In this document: positions 28,963-39,515 of the stretch, piece by piece
Layout: each line of letters starts with the position of its first letter
How positions within the stretch are numbered: position 1 is the first letter of the stretch
Source of the DNA: Patescibacteria group bacterium
Lineage (GTDB): Bacteria; Patescibacteriota; Microgenomatia; UBA8517
DNA length: 64,000 bases
Assembly: GCA_026416845.1 (NCBI GenBank)
Contig: JAOAEL010000004.1
Location: 11,271 to 75,270 of the forward strand
Direction: 5' to 3'
Translations under genes and position numbers: made by a program
The notes under the pieces: generated by a model
What the model was told of the DNA's origin: nothing
Databases searched by the model: none
The model's input: only the letters and a program-made list of their open reading frames with translations

Positions 28963-29946
28963 ATGGCTAAAAAAATAGAAATTTCCTATAAAACAATTGT
29001 TTTTACTGTTTTATTTTTGCTTGGGTTGTGGGTTTTGTATTTAATAAAAGATATTTTACTTGCCTTTTTTGTTTCTTTGTTGATAATGGCTATACTTAAT
29101 CCACTTGTTACAAAGTTATCCAAGTACAATATTCCACGTGCTGTGTCTGTAATTCTTGTTTACTTTTTTGTTATTGGTTTGTTGGCTGTAAGTTTTATTG
29201 CCATAATACCACCTTTGATTAGTCAAACTTCAAATTTTTTAGCTAATTTGCCAATGTATATTTCCAGACTTGGAGTTTCCTATGATATTAGTGAATATGT
29301 GGTAGGTCAGTTGACTTCTGATTTGGGAGAGATTACAAGAAGGGCTGCAAGTATAACAGTATCTGTCTTTTCGAATATAATCGGCATTGTTACTGTTTTG
29401 GTTTTTGCTTTTTATCTTCTTTTAATGAGGGATAATTTAGATGAACATTTGGGTATTTTTTTTGATAGCAAAAGAAGAAAATTGATCGTGGAAACAATAG
29501 AAATTGTCGAAAGAAAAATGGGATCATGGGCAACAGGACAAATTATACTTATGTTTGCTGTGGGGTTTGCTAATTATATAGGTCTTAGTTTGCTTGGCGT
29601 TCCTTATGCGCTTCCTCTTGCAATATTTGCGGGTTTTTTGGAAATAGTTCCTTATTTGGGGCCAATATTAGCGGCTATACCTCCAATTTTAATCGGTCTT
29701 GGAATATCACCTTTTTTAGGATTCTCTGCTTTGGCTCTTGCTTTTATTATTCAACAATTAGAAAACTATGTTTTGGTTCCTAAAATTATGCAAAGCTCAA
29801 CTGGTGTTGATCCAATTGTAACTTTGGTTGCTCTTGCAATTGGTTTTCAGTTGGCTGGTATTGTTGGAGTTTTGATAGCGGTGCCTGTCGTAATAATTAT
29901 TCAGGTAATATTTTTTGAGATTTATTTGAAAAGGAAATTTGTGTAG
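28963..29946 (+). CDS. AI-2E family transporter (PerM/UPF0118 permease)
   Basis: 8-TM topology and conserved C-terminal region GLLGVPYALPLAIFAGFLEIVPYLGP typical of the family. Confidence 0.75.
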   Translation: MAKKIEISYKTIVFTVLFLLGLWVLYLIKDILLAFFVSLLIMAILNPLVTKLSKYNIPRAVSVILVYFFVIGLLAVSFIAIIPPLISQTSNFLANLPMYISRLGVSYDISEYVVGQLTSDLGEITRRAASITVSVFSNIIGIVTVLVFAFYLLLMRDNLDEHLGIFFDSKRRKLIVETIEIVERKMGSWATGQIILMFAVGFANYIGLSLLGVPYALPLAIFAGFLEIVPYLGPILAAIPPILIGLGISPFLGFSALALAFIIQQLENYVLVPKIMQSSTGVDPIVTLVALAIGFQLAGIVGVLIAVPVVIIIQVIFFEIYLKRKFV

Positions 29947-30029
29947 ATAATTTTTGGGGTAATGTTGTTTTATTGTTTTTGAAAAGGTGAATTTCCTTGA
30001 CTTTTTTGTTATACTATGCACGTAGATTT

Positions 30030-30426
30030 GGAGAGAGGACAACTACTTTGGTTTTTTAACCGAAGAGGAAAGTCCAGGCAGCAGTAGGCAGGGTGTCTTA
30101 GGGTAAAACCAAGAACGTATAATTTCTCTTTTAGTTTAATTTTGACTAGAGAGAAAAAAGCGCTAGTTAGAGCAACAGAGACTACGACTCATCTGACTTT
30201 TAATAAAGTCAGAAAGAGGGTGAAAAGGGCAATCCTCCCCGCTGCAACCTTCGAATTTGACGTTATTAGGATGCCTACCCGATTTTTGAGCAATCAAAAA
30301 ACGTCATAAAGTTTAAGGGCAATCTGTGGAAAACAGATACATAAGTACAAATTGACTTATTGTAGATAGATTGTTGTCAGTTCACCTTTTAAGGTGAATG
30401 AACAGAATCTGGCTTACTCCTCTCCA
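30030..30426 (+). ncRNA. rnpB: RNase P RNA (bacterial type)
   Basis: P4 5' strand GAGGAAAGTCCAGGC (about 30062-30076) and P4 3' strand ACAGAATCTGGCTTA (30402-30416); P1 pairing GGAGAGAGGA/TCCTCTCC at the ends; GGGTGAAAAGGGCAA-like P10-P11 region. No ORF across the region. Confidence 0.8.
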
Positions 30427-30465
30427 AATCTTAAGATGAAATTGTGATTATTTATTTAGGAAAAT

Positions 30466-30684
30466 ATGAAAGAAAGAGAAACTTTTTTAGAAAAAGGTAT
30501 ACGATATCTAAACTACGCTGATTTAGCTGTTATCGTTACTGGCCTAACAGCAGGTGTTTTGTTTGGTGTCCCCTCTGGGTATACATGGGCAGCATATGGT
30601 ATTGTATCGTATATTGCCGGTCTTATTGCTCAGAATTATTTAAGAGAAAGAAGATTGAAATCTACTTCGCTTCATTTTGCTTAG
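30466..30684 (+). CDS. Small membrane protein (hypothetical)
   Basis: 72 aa, 2 TM helices; weak. Confidence 0.35.
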   Translation: MKERETFLEKGIRYLNYADLAVIVTGLTAGVLFGVPSGYTWAAYGIVSYIAGLIAQNYLRERRLKSTSLHFA

Positions 30685-30757
30685 AACTGTTATTCGTGTT
30701 TATAATTGTGTAGTGTAGGAGCTTAGTTTATCTAGAGTTTATATTTTAATTCTTTCT

Positions 30758-32443
30758 ATGAACCTGCCGCTAGAAACACTCAAAAAAATCATTGTAGGAT
30801 CGGGATTTGTTACAGAGCAAGCCTTTGACGATGTTGTTAAATCCGCTTTAGAAATTGGCAAAGATCCAATAGACGCTTTGGTTTTTCACGGACTTATAAA
30901 TGAAGACACAGTAGGCAGATTGATTGCCGATTATTACAAAGTAAATTACATTGTTCTTAAACGTATCAAAATAGACAAAGAAGTGTTGGATTTGATTCCA
31001 GAAAAAATGGTTAGGCTTTATAGAATAATTCCGTTTGAGAAAGAGGGATCAAAACTTAAGCTTGCCATGGAAAATCCAGAAGACTTTGAGGCTTTGGAAT
31101 TTGCCAAAAGAGTAACAGGTCTTTCCATAGAAGTTTATTACGCCAGGAAGGAAGATATGGATCGTGCTTATGGACAGTATCAAAAAGGAATTGAGGAAGA
31201 TTTCGAGAAAATAATTAAAGAAAATGTTCAGAAGACTGGAGAAATAAGCACTGATGATCTTGTTAAAGCTGCTGAAAAACTGCCTATTGTAAAAATTTTA
31301 GAAAGTATAATAAGTTATGCCATTTTTGAAAAGGCATCTGATATACATATAGAAACACAGGCAGAAGAAGTTATAGTCAGATACAGAATAGATGGGATCT
31401 TAAAAGATATTATCAAATTGCCTCGTGGTGTTGAAGCTGCTTTGGTGGCGCGTGTAAAAATTTTATCAAATTTGAAAATTGATGAACATAGAGTGCCTCA
31501 AGATGGCAGGCACAAATTCAATGCTGGCGGAAACGAGATTTCTTTGCGTATTTCGATAATTCCCGGTTTTTACGGCGAAAATGTTGTCATGAGACTTTTG
31601 ACGGAGTCGTCAAGACCACTGTCTTTGGAAGAATTGGGTTTGACAGGCAGAAATTTGGATCTTATTAAAGATAGTATCGATCGTCCGCATGGTATGATTT
31701 TGGTGACAGGTCCAACAGGTTCAGGCAAGACTACTACTTTATATTCTATTTTAAATATTCTCAACACAGTTGATGTAAAGATTTGCACAATAGAAGATCC
31801 GGTTGAATATGGAATGAATCGGGTAACACAAATCCAAGTCAACACAAAAACCGGACTTGATTTTGCATCTGGTCTTCGAGCTCTTCTGAGGCATGATCCT
31901 GACATAATAATGGTTGGAGAAATTCGCGATCAAGAGACTGCAGAGATTGCGATACATGCGGCTCTAACAGGACATTTGGTTTTATCTACCTTGCATACAA
32001 ATACCGCCGCTGGTGCAATACCTCGCTTTATTGATATGGGAGCTGAAGGTTTTTTGCTTGCTTCAACTTTAAATGTGATTGTAGCTCAGCGTTTGGTGAG
32101 AAAATTATGCTCCAATTGTGTGATGAACTATAACCCGCCAACTGACCTTGTAAAGAAATTATCTAAAGAATTGAATATAGATTTGACAGCGCAGAAATTT
32201 TACAAGGGTAAAGGTTGCAGTTTGTGTGGAGGCAAAGGTTATGTTGGCAGAATTGGAATTTATGAAGTTCTGCCTGTGACAGAAAAAGTGAGGACTTTGA
32301 TTGCAAAAAAGTCAACTTCAGATGAGATACAGAAAGAAGCCGTAAGAGAAGGAATGATTACAATGTTGCAAGACGGTATAGACAAGGTGGCTGCTGGATT
32401 AACTTCTTTAGAGGAGGTTCTTCGTGTTGTGCGTGAAAATTAA
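30758..32443 (+). CDS. pilB: Type IV pilus assembly ATPase PilB (GspE family)
   Basis: Walker A GPTGSGKTTTL, Asp box, His box; C-terminal tetracysteine (CSNC...CSLCGGKG). Confidence 0.92.
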   Translation: MNLPLETLKKIIVGSGFVTEQAFDDVVKSALEIGKDPIDALVFHGLINEDTVGRLIADYYKVNYIVLKRIKIDKEVLDLIPEKMVRLYRIIPFEKEGSKLKLAMENPEDFEALEFAKRVTGLSIEVYYARKEDMDRAYGQYQKGIEEDFEKIIKENVQKTGEISTDDLVKAAEKLPIVKILESIISYAIFEKASDIHIETQAEEVIVRYRIDGILKDIIKLPRGVEAALVARVKILSNLKIDEHRVPQDGRHKFNAGGNEISLRISIIPGFYGENVVMRLLTESSRPLSLEELGLTGRNLDLIKDSIDRPHGMILVTGPTGSGKTTTLYSILNILNTVDVKICTIEDPVEYGMNRVTQIQVNTKTGLDFASGLRALLRHDPDIIMVGEIRDQETAEIAIHAALTGHLVLSTLHTNTAAGAIPRFIDMGAEGFLLASTLNVIVAQRLVRKLCSNCVMNYNPPTDLVKKLSKELNIDLTAQKFYKGKGCSLCGGKGYVGRIGIYEVLPVTEKVRTLIAKKSTSDEIQKEAVREGMITMLQDGIDKVAAGLTSLEEVLRVVREN

Positions 32444-32449
32444 ATTAAT

Positions 32450-33655
32450 ATGCTATTTACCTATAAAGCCAAAGATAAAAGTGGGAGAATAGTTGAAGAT
32501 GTTATTCAAGCTACAGACAAAAAGGAAGTGCTTGCTTTTTTAATTGCAGAACGTCTTTCACCGCTTTCTGTAAAAACGCTAATTCAGAAAAAAGAACTTT
32601 TTGCCAAGGGCATATCAATTTCTGAAAAGGCGGCTTTTTGCAGATTTATGGCAACAATGTTAAGGGCTGGCTTGCCTCTTCCTGAGGCGATTGATATTTT
32701 AAGGCAAGAAGCGCAAAGCAAAACAATGAAGCAAGTGCTTTTTGATGTTTCATTTAACATAAGAAAAGGTAGCACATTGTTTTCTGTGATGTCTAAATAT
32801 AAAACTGAATTTGACGCGGTTTTTTTGACCATGATAAAAGCTGGGGAAGAATCAGGTACGTTAGAGCAATCTTTTGATTATTTGGCAAAACAACTTTTGG
32901 CTTCTTATGAATTATCTCAGAAAGTGAAAAGCTCAATGATGTATCCAAGCGTTATTATTTTGGCGATGATTGCTAGCGCAATCATAATGGTTGCTTTTGT
33001 TTTGCCTCAGATGTCTAAGGTTTTTTTAACTTTAAATGTTGAATTACCGGCAGTTACCAAATTTGTTCTTAATACTGGCAAAACAATTGGAGAAAATTTG
33101 ACTGTAACTTTAAGTCTATTCTTTTTTGCAATGTTTGTTGTGATAATGCTTTTTGTAATTCGCAAAACAAGGGCATTTTTGGTTTCATACATTGTCAAAT
33201 TGCCAGTAATAAGCAAAGTTATGGATCAACTTGACACTGCCAGATTTGCAAGAACTTTGTCCACGCTTCTTAGAAGCGGAGTTCCAATAATGGTTGCTTT
33301 GGATGTTTCTTCGGATGTTCTTAAACAACCGCATCTAAAAAAACAAGCGAAAGAATTTAGCATAGGTGTTGCAAAGGGCAAGTCCCTTGCAGAGATTTTG
33401 GTTGCCCAAAAAAGATCTTTTCCTGAAACAATGATTCAAACAATAAGAGCAGGTGAAAAAACAGGTAGTTTGGAGGTGGTGCTTGATGAGCTGGCAAGTT
33501 TTTATGAATTAGAAGTGGATTATAGCTTAAAAAGAGCAACTGCCTTAATCGAACCAATTTTAATGCTTTTAATTGGACTTGCTGTTGGCGCTATGGTTAT
33601 ACTTATGATTACTCCGATATATAGTATTGTTGGTGGTTTGGAAGGGGGTTTCTGA
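32450..33655 (+). CDS. pilC: Type IV pilus platform protein PilC (GspF family)
   Basis: Two GspF repeats, 3 TM segments, about 400 aa; directly downstream of pilB. Confidence 0.9.
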   Translation: MLFTYKAKDKSGRIVEDVIQATDKKEVLAFLIAERLSPLSVKTLIQKKELFAKGISISEKAAFCRFMATMLRAGLPLPEAIDILRQEAQSKTMKQVLFDVSFNIRKGSTLFSVMSKYKTEFDAVFLTMIKAGEESGTLEQSFDYLAKQLLASYELSQKVKSSMMYPSVIILAMIASAIIMVAFVLPQMSKVFLTLNVELPAVTKFVLNTGKTIGENLTVTLSLFFFAMFVVIMLFVIRKTRAFLVSYIVKLPVISKVMDQLDTARFARTLSTLLRSGVPIMVALDVSSDVLKQPHLKKQAKEFSIGVAKGKSLAEILVAQKRSFPETMIQTIRAGEKTGSLEVVLDELASFYELEVDYSLKRATALIEPILMLLIGLAVGAMVILMITPIYSIVGGLEGGF

Positions 33656-33658
33656 GAA

Positions 33659-33979
33659 ATGCAAGGTAGAATTTTTTTGCTTTTGGCAATTTTGGTTTTA
33701 TCATCCATTTTGTTTATCCACATTTTGTCAAAAAATTCAAACAGCTTGCGCATTGATGAAGAAATTGTTCCCAACTTTGAGCAAAGCGCGCAGGAAGATT
33801 TTGGAGACGAGGTTTCTTTGGATAAATACTTTAACTTTGATAGTAATGATAACCAAGAAAGTGTTAATCAAAAAATTACTCCAAGCATTTCAAAAAGTAA
33901 AGAAAGATTATGCTTGCTTGACGGACAGATTGTCAAGGAAGGCACAGTTAATGCAAATACAATATGTGTTGGTCAATAA
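33659..33979 (+). CDS. Small membrane-anchored protein in pilus operon (hypothetical)
   Basis: 106 aa with N-terminal TM helix, starts 4 nt after pilC stop. Confidence 0.45.
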   Translation: MQGRIFLLLAILVLSSILFIHILSKNSNSLRIDEEIVPNFEQSAQEDFGDEVSLDKYFNFDSNDNQESVNQKITPSISKSKERLCLLDGQIVKEGTVNANTICVGQ

Positions 33980-33988
33980 ATAGATAAG

Positions 33989-35371
33989 CTATCTTTCTTC
34001 CCAAGATATAAATCTATACTCTCCAGTTGTTGGAAAATAAGGAGGTGGAAAATATAACAAATTTGGGTCATAAGTTACTGTTCTTGTCCTGAATCCTGAT
34101 ACAGGAGGATTGCCAAAATTCCAGTAGCTTTTGTTGTAAGAAATTATTGATCCAAAAATTGTTAAACTGTTTTTTAGAGCTTGCTGTGTACCCCCACAAG
34201 ACGATAAATAACCATGTCTTATGATTTTCCCTCTTTGGGACATAAAAGCCCCGTCTATTCGAAAATTGTCGGGTAAATCTCTTACAAAATAAATGTCATT
34301 TTGCGCAATTAAACCGAAACTATTTGTTTTGTCGTATGTTTCGTATACTATGTTGTTTCTAATCCATATGTTCATTGCATTAGAATCAATGGGGAATCTG
34401 GCGGCAACAACTGTTACTCTTCCATCAATTGTTCCTTCTACCCATAAATGATCTTCTGCAAAAACTATTGGTCTTTGATCGACATTGTATGTGCCGATTA
34501 GTGTTTCAGATGTAATTCTCTGATGTAAATTTTGACAGCCTTCTTCAGCGCTATAACCGGTATAGTAATTAGTTCCTGTTACTCTATACACTCTGAAAGT
34601 GCCATCAGCATTAAAAATCAAGTGGTATCCACGCGATCCAGATGGCGCTAGGTAAAGTCCGTTATTTTGGGCTTGAGTTCTCATGTTGGTAAAATCAAAT
34701 GAAATTGCATTAAAATCAATCGCTGGAACGGGGTATTGCCATAAGCCAGAATCTCCTCCGGATCCCCACACTCCGGGTCTGGTTTGAGGTGGCGAGCATC
34801 CGGTTTCTGACCCGCATGTGTATCTGTCTCTTGCGCTTGTGACAAGTGACAAATTTGTCCCGTCCATTCTTATGCCGTTATTAGAGTGAACAGGACCGTT
34901 TACTGTTATATTCGTTCCGTACCAACTGCTTGCATTTGACAAAAAAGAATAATTTGCAAAAGATGGTTGTCCATATTGAGCTATTATCGTTCTTCTTACG
35001 TTAGGATGTGTTTTTGTCCAACCGGTTGATCGTATTGTGACAACAGACGATCCTGCGGATGGAGTGGTTATGTCAAGTTCAAAACTGCCAATTGAGTTTC
35101 CCTGCGGGTCAAAATATTCGTGTGTGTAAGTTCCATCTTTGCCAGTGCCGTCTTGGTAGTCGTCAGGATCATGTGCCAAGTGCCATTTATAGTAGTTAAT
35201 TCCCGCTTCCGCGATATAAAGCGCTTGTTCCGAGGAGACTTGGCGGTTTGAATAATCAAACTGTAGAGAGAATACAAAAAGGATTGAGTAGATTACAGTC
35301 AAAAACGCTGCAACTATAATAAGCAAAGCAGGTGTAATTGTGCCTTTGGGCTTTAATCTTTCTTTTAGCAT
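33989..35371 (-). CDS. Membrane-anchored large pilus-associated protein (PilX/PilY-like, hypothetical)
   Basis: N-terminal TM (ALLIIVAAFLTVIYSILFV) then about 420 aa extracytoplasmic Gly/Asn/Thr/Tyr-rich domain; operonic with pilin-like genes. Confidence 0.55.
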   Translation of the reverse strand: MLKERLKPKGTITPALLIIVAAFLTVIYSILFVFSLQFDYSNRQVSSEQALYIAEAGINYYKWHLAHDPDDYQDGTGKDGTYTHEYFDPQGNSIGSFELDITTPSAGSSVVTIRSTGWTKTHPNVRRTIIAQYGQPSFANYSFLSNASSWYGTNITVNGPVHSNNGIRMDGTNLSLVTSARDRYTCGSETGCSPPQTRPGVWGSGGDSGLWQYPVPAIDFNAISFDFTNMRTQAQNNGLYLAPSGSRGYHLIFNADGTFRVYRVTGTNYYTGYSAEEGCQNLHQRITSETLIGTYNVDQRPIVFAEDHLWVEGTIDGRVTVVAARFPIDSNAMNIWIRNNIVYETYDKTNSFGLIAQNDIYFVRDLPDNFRIDGAFMSQRGKIIRHGYLSSCGGTQQALKNSLTIFGSIISYNKSYWNFGNPPVSGFRTRTVTYDPNLLYFPPPYFPTTGEYRFISWEER

Positions 35372-35377
35372 ATTATT

Positions 35378-35986
35378 TTACAAGTTTTCTTTTAGAGATC
35401 TTATTTGTATATAAGTTTCCAAAATGTAATTTCTATTATTATTTTCTTTTGGATTTATTTCCAAATAAAGTCTCATTAATTTAGTGTCTGAAAGTCTTGT
35501 GGGAGTATTTAATGGGTTATTTGTGGTATCTTGTGGCCAGTTTTCATTGTAGTAATAAAAAATTGGAGTTGTGCCATTTCTTACATTTTCAGCAACAACT
35601 TTTATTTTTTCATTTTGTCTTGGGTAATTTACCGGAAAGCCAGTTGGTTCAATTACTCCTTTGATTAAAGAGTTACCCGAGAGGGTGTATCTTATTCTGT
35701 CAACTCTGCCATCATAATTGTAATCCGAATAAAATATTAGTTCACTATCTGCGGCTCTCTCAAGGGCGTATGCTCCATTTTCTGCTGTTTTAGCGTTTCT
35801 TAATTCTCGCGCCATTGTGGAAATGTTTGAATTTGCTTCATCTACGCTGAGATAGTTTCTCCATACTTCCACTTGATTTTGACTTATGATGTATTGCAAT
35901 CCCAAAATTGCAAGACCAAGCACAACAGTGATTGAAGCAACTATCAATACTTCGACTAAAGTAAATCCTTTGTTTTTTGTTTTCAT
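35378..35986 (-). CDS. Prepilin-type minor pilin/pseudopilin
   Basis: N-terminal KGFTLVEVLIVASITVV matches the class III signal peptide and N-methylation motif (G|FTLxE). Confidence 0.8.
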   Translation of the reverse strand: MKTKNKGFTLVEVLIVASITVVLGLAILGLQYIISQNQVEVWRNYLSVDEANSNISTMARELRNAKTAENGAYALERAADSELIFYSDYNYDGRVDRIRYTLSGNSLIKGVIEPTGFPVNYPRQNEKIKVVAENVRNGTTPIFYYYNENWPQDTTNNPLNTPTRLSDTKLMRLYLEINPKENNNRNYILETYIQIRSLKENL

Positions 35987-37329
35987 TGTGAAAGTATTAC
36001 ATCGTAGATAGTTTGTCCTGATACGGGTATTGTTGTGTTCACCTCTAAAAATCCTGAAGCGCTGGCATAGAGATAGTAGTTTGCATTTGACAATGAATCA
36101 AAAAAGACTTGTCCATAATCAGGATCTGTGTTTTGTCCTGATAGAATTGTTTGATTAAATGAACCATTGTCGCGAAGTGTAGCTGAGACCGAGGCAATTG
36201 GGACATTTGATGAGTTGGTAAATCTAATTAGTAAGCTATTAGGTGTTCTACTTGATAAAGCCAACCTTAAATTCGTATTTGCATTTGGGATTATTGTGAT
36301 TGGGGTAAATGGATTTGTTCCTGAAAAGGTATAATTGGAATTTGCAGGAAGGCTAATTGAATAATTATCCCACTCAAGATTATTGATTACTAAATTACCT
36401 TCTGAATTAGTAGCAAAAGAATTAGAATACTTATAAACCGGATTATCATTTGTATCTGTGCCTATAATTTTTGTTCCTCTGATGTTAAGAGTTATATTTC
36501 CAAGAGGAGAAAAATTGCTTTCGCGGTTATTAGTGGTATTGATTGTTAATGTGCTTGTTCTATCTATAGTAAAACTTGCTTCTGTTAATTGTCCTTCCAA
36601 AACAGTTTGGTGCGGCTTAGTTGGATTTGCCACTTCAGATGTGCTGTATGTTCTGTCAACGCTAAATCCGTTTTTAGTAGCTGTAATTTGGTAACACGAA
36701 GTGCAAGCCGGCGCTCCGGGCAAGATTATTCTTCCATTTGCCGCAGTTTGAAGAGTTAGATTTACAGGCGGGTTTGTGTTTGGCGCTCTTATTTGCACTT
36801 CAGCTTGAGGCACAGGATTTCCATTTGCATTAAATACCAGAATTGACAAAGTCCCACCACCTACAGTAGTTTCGACCCCGCGTGGAGCTATATCGGTAAC
36901 AAACACAACTGGATTTTTTCTTGATTTTGCTATTCCTTCCCACGATACTGCCACTCTAACTCTTTTGTAATCGGTAGGAAGCAAATCATTTGGTGCGGTA
37001 TTGTCAAATTCATCATCTACATACACGACATCAGTAGAAACAGTATAAGTAAGTCCATTTCTTCTTATTGTTTCTTCTTGTTCCAAAGGTCCGTTTGGTA
37101 TACCACCTATAGTGCCTATGTTTTCATAAGGCAAATTTTTGATTATTTCAATTTTTTCTTGTGCAAGATGCCTTGCTGTTATGCGCGCTCTGTTAAAACT
37201 AGTTAACAAATAGGAGCCTTTTATCAATGAAAAAACTGCGTTTGCCAAGAGCAAAAATATTACAATGCCAATGATTGTCGCAAGAAGTGTTTGTCCGTTA
37301 ATTAATTTTTTTCTGGCATGCACAATCAT
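35983..37329 (-). CDS. Pilin-like membrane protein (PilV/PilW-like, degenerate prepilin motif)
   Basis: NGQTLLATIIGIVIFLLL resembles a prepilin N-terminus but lacks Glu5; about 400 aa Thr/Asn-rich beta-rich ectodomain. Confidence 0.5.
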   Translation of the reverse strand: MIVHARKKLINGQTLLATIIGIVIFLLLANAVFSLIKGSYLLTSFNRARITARHLAQEKIEIIKNLPYENIGTIGGIPNGPLEQEETIRRNGLTYTVSTDVVYVDDEFDNTAPNDLLPTDYKRVRVAVSWEGIAKSRKNPVVFVTDIAPRGVETTVGGGTLSILVFNANGNPVPQAEVQIRAPNTNPPVNLTLQTAANGRIILPGAPACTSCYQITATKNGFSVDRTYSTSEVANPTKPHQTVLEGQLTEASFTIDRTSTLTINTTNNRESNFSPLGNITLNIRGTKIIGTDTNDNPVYKYSNSFATNSEGNLVINNLEWDNYSISLPANSNYTFSGTNPFTPITIIPNANTNLRLALSSRTPNSLLIRFTNSSNVPIASVSATLRDNGSFNQTILSGQNTDPDYGQVFFDSLSNANYYLYASASGFLEVNTTIPVSGQTIYDVILSQ

Positions 37330-37375
37330 TGCAATTCAAGTATAGCATTGACATAATGAATAAAGCTGCTTTGTC

Positions 37376-38806
37376 ATGTTTAGAAAATCTTTTATTTCAA
37401 TTTTTTTTCACAAAAATAAGCTCTATGTCGTGCAGTTATCTTCTGACAAAAAGAAAATAAAAAAGCACATATCAATTCCGATTGATAATAAAATAATAGT
37501 TGATGACAGAGTAAAAGACACTTCACTTCTCTCAAAAGTAATTGCCGATGTTTGGGAGAAGATGAAATTTAAAGAAAAATTTGTGGCGATTGTGATACCA
37601 GAATATTGCGCTTTTACAAAATTGATAAAAGTTCCCAAGATGCCAAACTCTGAACTCCATGAAGCAGTGTTATTGCAGAGCCAGGAATTTTTACCAAGTG
37701 AGAAAGAAAGATTTATTTTGGATTGGAAGATTGTGGATGATTTTCAAGATGAATACGAAGTTTTGGTCGTTGTGGTGAAGGAAAGTTTGCTTTTTGGGTA
37801 CATAAGAGCTGTTGAGAAAGCAGGTCTTTTCCCTCTTTTAGTTGAGATACCTTCTCTATCTTTGTCCCGATTGATAGGATATGACGAATCGGTAATTATG
37901 GTTTATGTCTTGGATCAAAGCGTAATCATTATTTTTTCTAAAAAAGGCAAAGTTATTGCAAGTTCGGTTTTATCCACTTTTGATTTTGAGGAAATATTTG
38001 TTACAGTGAAACGGATTTTAAATCATTACAAAGATGTACAAGTAGATTCAATTAAGGTTAGTGGGGATTTAAATGGAAATGCTGAATTTGTACTGGAAAG
38101 TTTGAGCAAGATTTGCCCCAACACTTCTTATGTAGACTTAAGTTTTGGTGGTTTTACACGTGATGAAGCGCAAGATTATTTGATACCTTTATCTATGCAG
38201 ACTGCCAAGCCTTCAGATCCTTTGGATGTTTACACTATTAACCTTTTGCCAGAAGAATTAGTTGTAAAATACAAAAACAAAGGATTGCGTTTGCGATTGT
38301 GGGGTTTATTGTTGTCTATCACTTTTTTTATTTGGATTTGTTTGTTTAGTGCACTTGGAGTTTATCTTTACCTAAACAAATTGCTGGTAAATTTTGAAAA
38401 ACTTGCTATCAAAAGTGACATAACAAAAGAGCAAGAATCTGCCTTAAAAAACTCTCAAGAGATTATTTCTGTTACAACAAAAGTTTTAAATATAAAAAAT
38501 GCGACTAGCTCGCCTATTGAGTTGCTTTCTATTATTGAAAAAGCCAGCCCAAAAGGTGTTGCAGTAAGAGAATACAAATTAAACTTTGACAAAGGGCAAG
38601 TCAACATAAAAGGCATTGCGCCTAATCGATTGTCTTTAATTGAATTTAAACAAAACTTGGGTAAAAGTGAAAACGTACAGAATGTTCAGGTGCCAATTTC
38701 ATCTTTTGAAGTTGATGCTAATTTAGAGTTTGACATTAGTTTTAGTTATATAACTAATGCCACAAAAATAGAACACAAAAATGACAAACAAAGACAACCA
38801 AAGTAA
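37376..38806 (+). CDS. pilM: Type IV pilus assembly PilM-PilN fusion protein
   Basis: About 300-aa actin-like cytoplasmic domain, then TM helix (LWGLLLSITFFIWICLFSALGVYLYL) and about 150-aa periplasmic PilN-like domain. Confidence 0.65.
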   Translation: MFRKSFISIFFHKNKLYVVQLSSDKKKIKKHISIPIDNKIIVDDRVKDTSLLSKVIADVWEKMKFKEKFVAIVIPEYCAFTKLIKVPKMPNSELHEAVLLQSQEFLPSEKERFILDWKIVDDFQDEYEVLVVVVKESLLFGYIRAVEKAGLFPLLVEIPSLSLSRLIGYDESVIMVYVLDQSVIIIFSKKGKVIASSVLSTFDFEEIFVTVKRILNHYKDVQVDSIKVSGDLNGNAEFVLESLSKICPNTSYVDLSFGGFTRDEAQDYLIPLSMQTAKPSDPLDVYTINLLPEELVVKYKNKGLRLRLWGLLLSITFFIWICLFSALGVYLYLNKLLVNFEKLAIKSDITKEQESALKNSQEIISVTTKVLNIKNATSSPIELLSIIEKASPKGVAVREYKLNFDKGQVNIKGIAPNRLSLIEFKQNLGKSENVQNVQVPISSFEVDANLEFDISFSYITNATKIEHKNDKQRQPK

Positions 38807-39515
38807 CAAAAGATATATGCACAATATTAAAGAATTGCCTGATGAGAAAGAAGATGTTTTTGTTGTCGAATCCGGTGAAAAATTAGATTTGGGCACTCAT
38901 GATTTTGATTTAGTAGATAAGCATTTGTCTACTCTTGATGATGATCAAGATAATGCTGGATTTTCTAACCAATCTAAAGAAAAAATAGTTTCTCTTAGGG
39001 AGGGCGTTTTAATAGTAATCAATGTAATCTCAATAACTTTTTTGGTGTTTTTGTTGTTTAGACTTCCTTATGAAGCGAAGAAAGTTCATAATTTACAAGT
39101 TGAAATCCAAAAAAATCAAAGCATTCAAAATACTGATGTTGCAGGTATAGAGTTGGCAAAAGAAAAAGCTGATAAATTAAAGAGTTTGTTTTTAAATGAT
39201 GAGGGCATTGTGCAATTTGTAAGCGCGATTGAGTCTCTAAAACAAAAAAATCAGTCTTTTGTAAAAGTGGAATTTCCTTCGCAAGAAGTTACAAAAGACA
39301 AAACTGGCAACATGACCATTCCTGTAATAATAGAATTATCTGGTAGTTGGTTAGAGGTTGGTAGAGGTTTTTCGGAAATTGAAGCGCTTCCATACCTTTT
39401 TAGGGCAGTTTCAATAGATATCAGGCCAAACAAGGTTGATCAAAATAAATTTGATGTCAAGTATGGGGGAGTTTTGTATGTTAGCGAGCAAACACCAAAG
39501 ACCAAAAATAGATAA
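38781..39515 (+). CDS. PilO-like bitopic pilus assembly protein (hypothetical)
   Basis: Acidic N-terminus, single TM (VLIVINVISITFLVFLLF), coiled-coil then periplasmic domain; follows pilM-N. Confidence 0.5.
   Translation: MTNKDNQSNKRYMHNIKELPDEKEDVFVVESGEKLDLGTHDFDLVDKHLSTLDDDQDNAGFSNQSKEKIVSLREGVLIVINVISITFLVFLLFRLPYEAKKVHNLQVEIQKNQSIQNTDVAGIELAKEKADKLKSLFLNDEGIVQFVSAIESLKQKNQSFVKVEFPSQEVTKDKTGNMTIPVIIELSGSWLEVGRGFSEIEALPYLFRAVSIDIRPNKVDQNKFDVKYGGVLYVSEQTPKTKNR

Noticed and set aside
33520-33983. Overlapping alternative ORFs (33520..33774 minus, 33627..33983 plus) at the pilC 3' end
   Set aside because: The 33659..33979 plus-strand frame is chosen because it starts immediately after the pilC stop. 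The others overlap pilC or are frame shadows.
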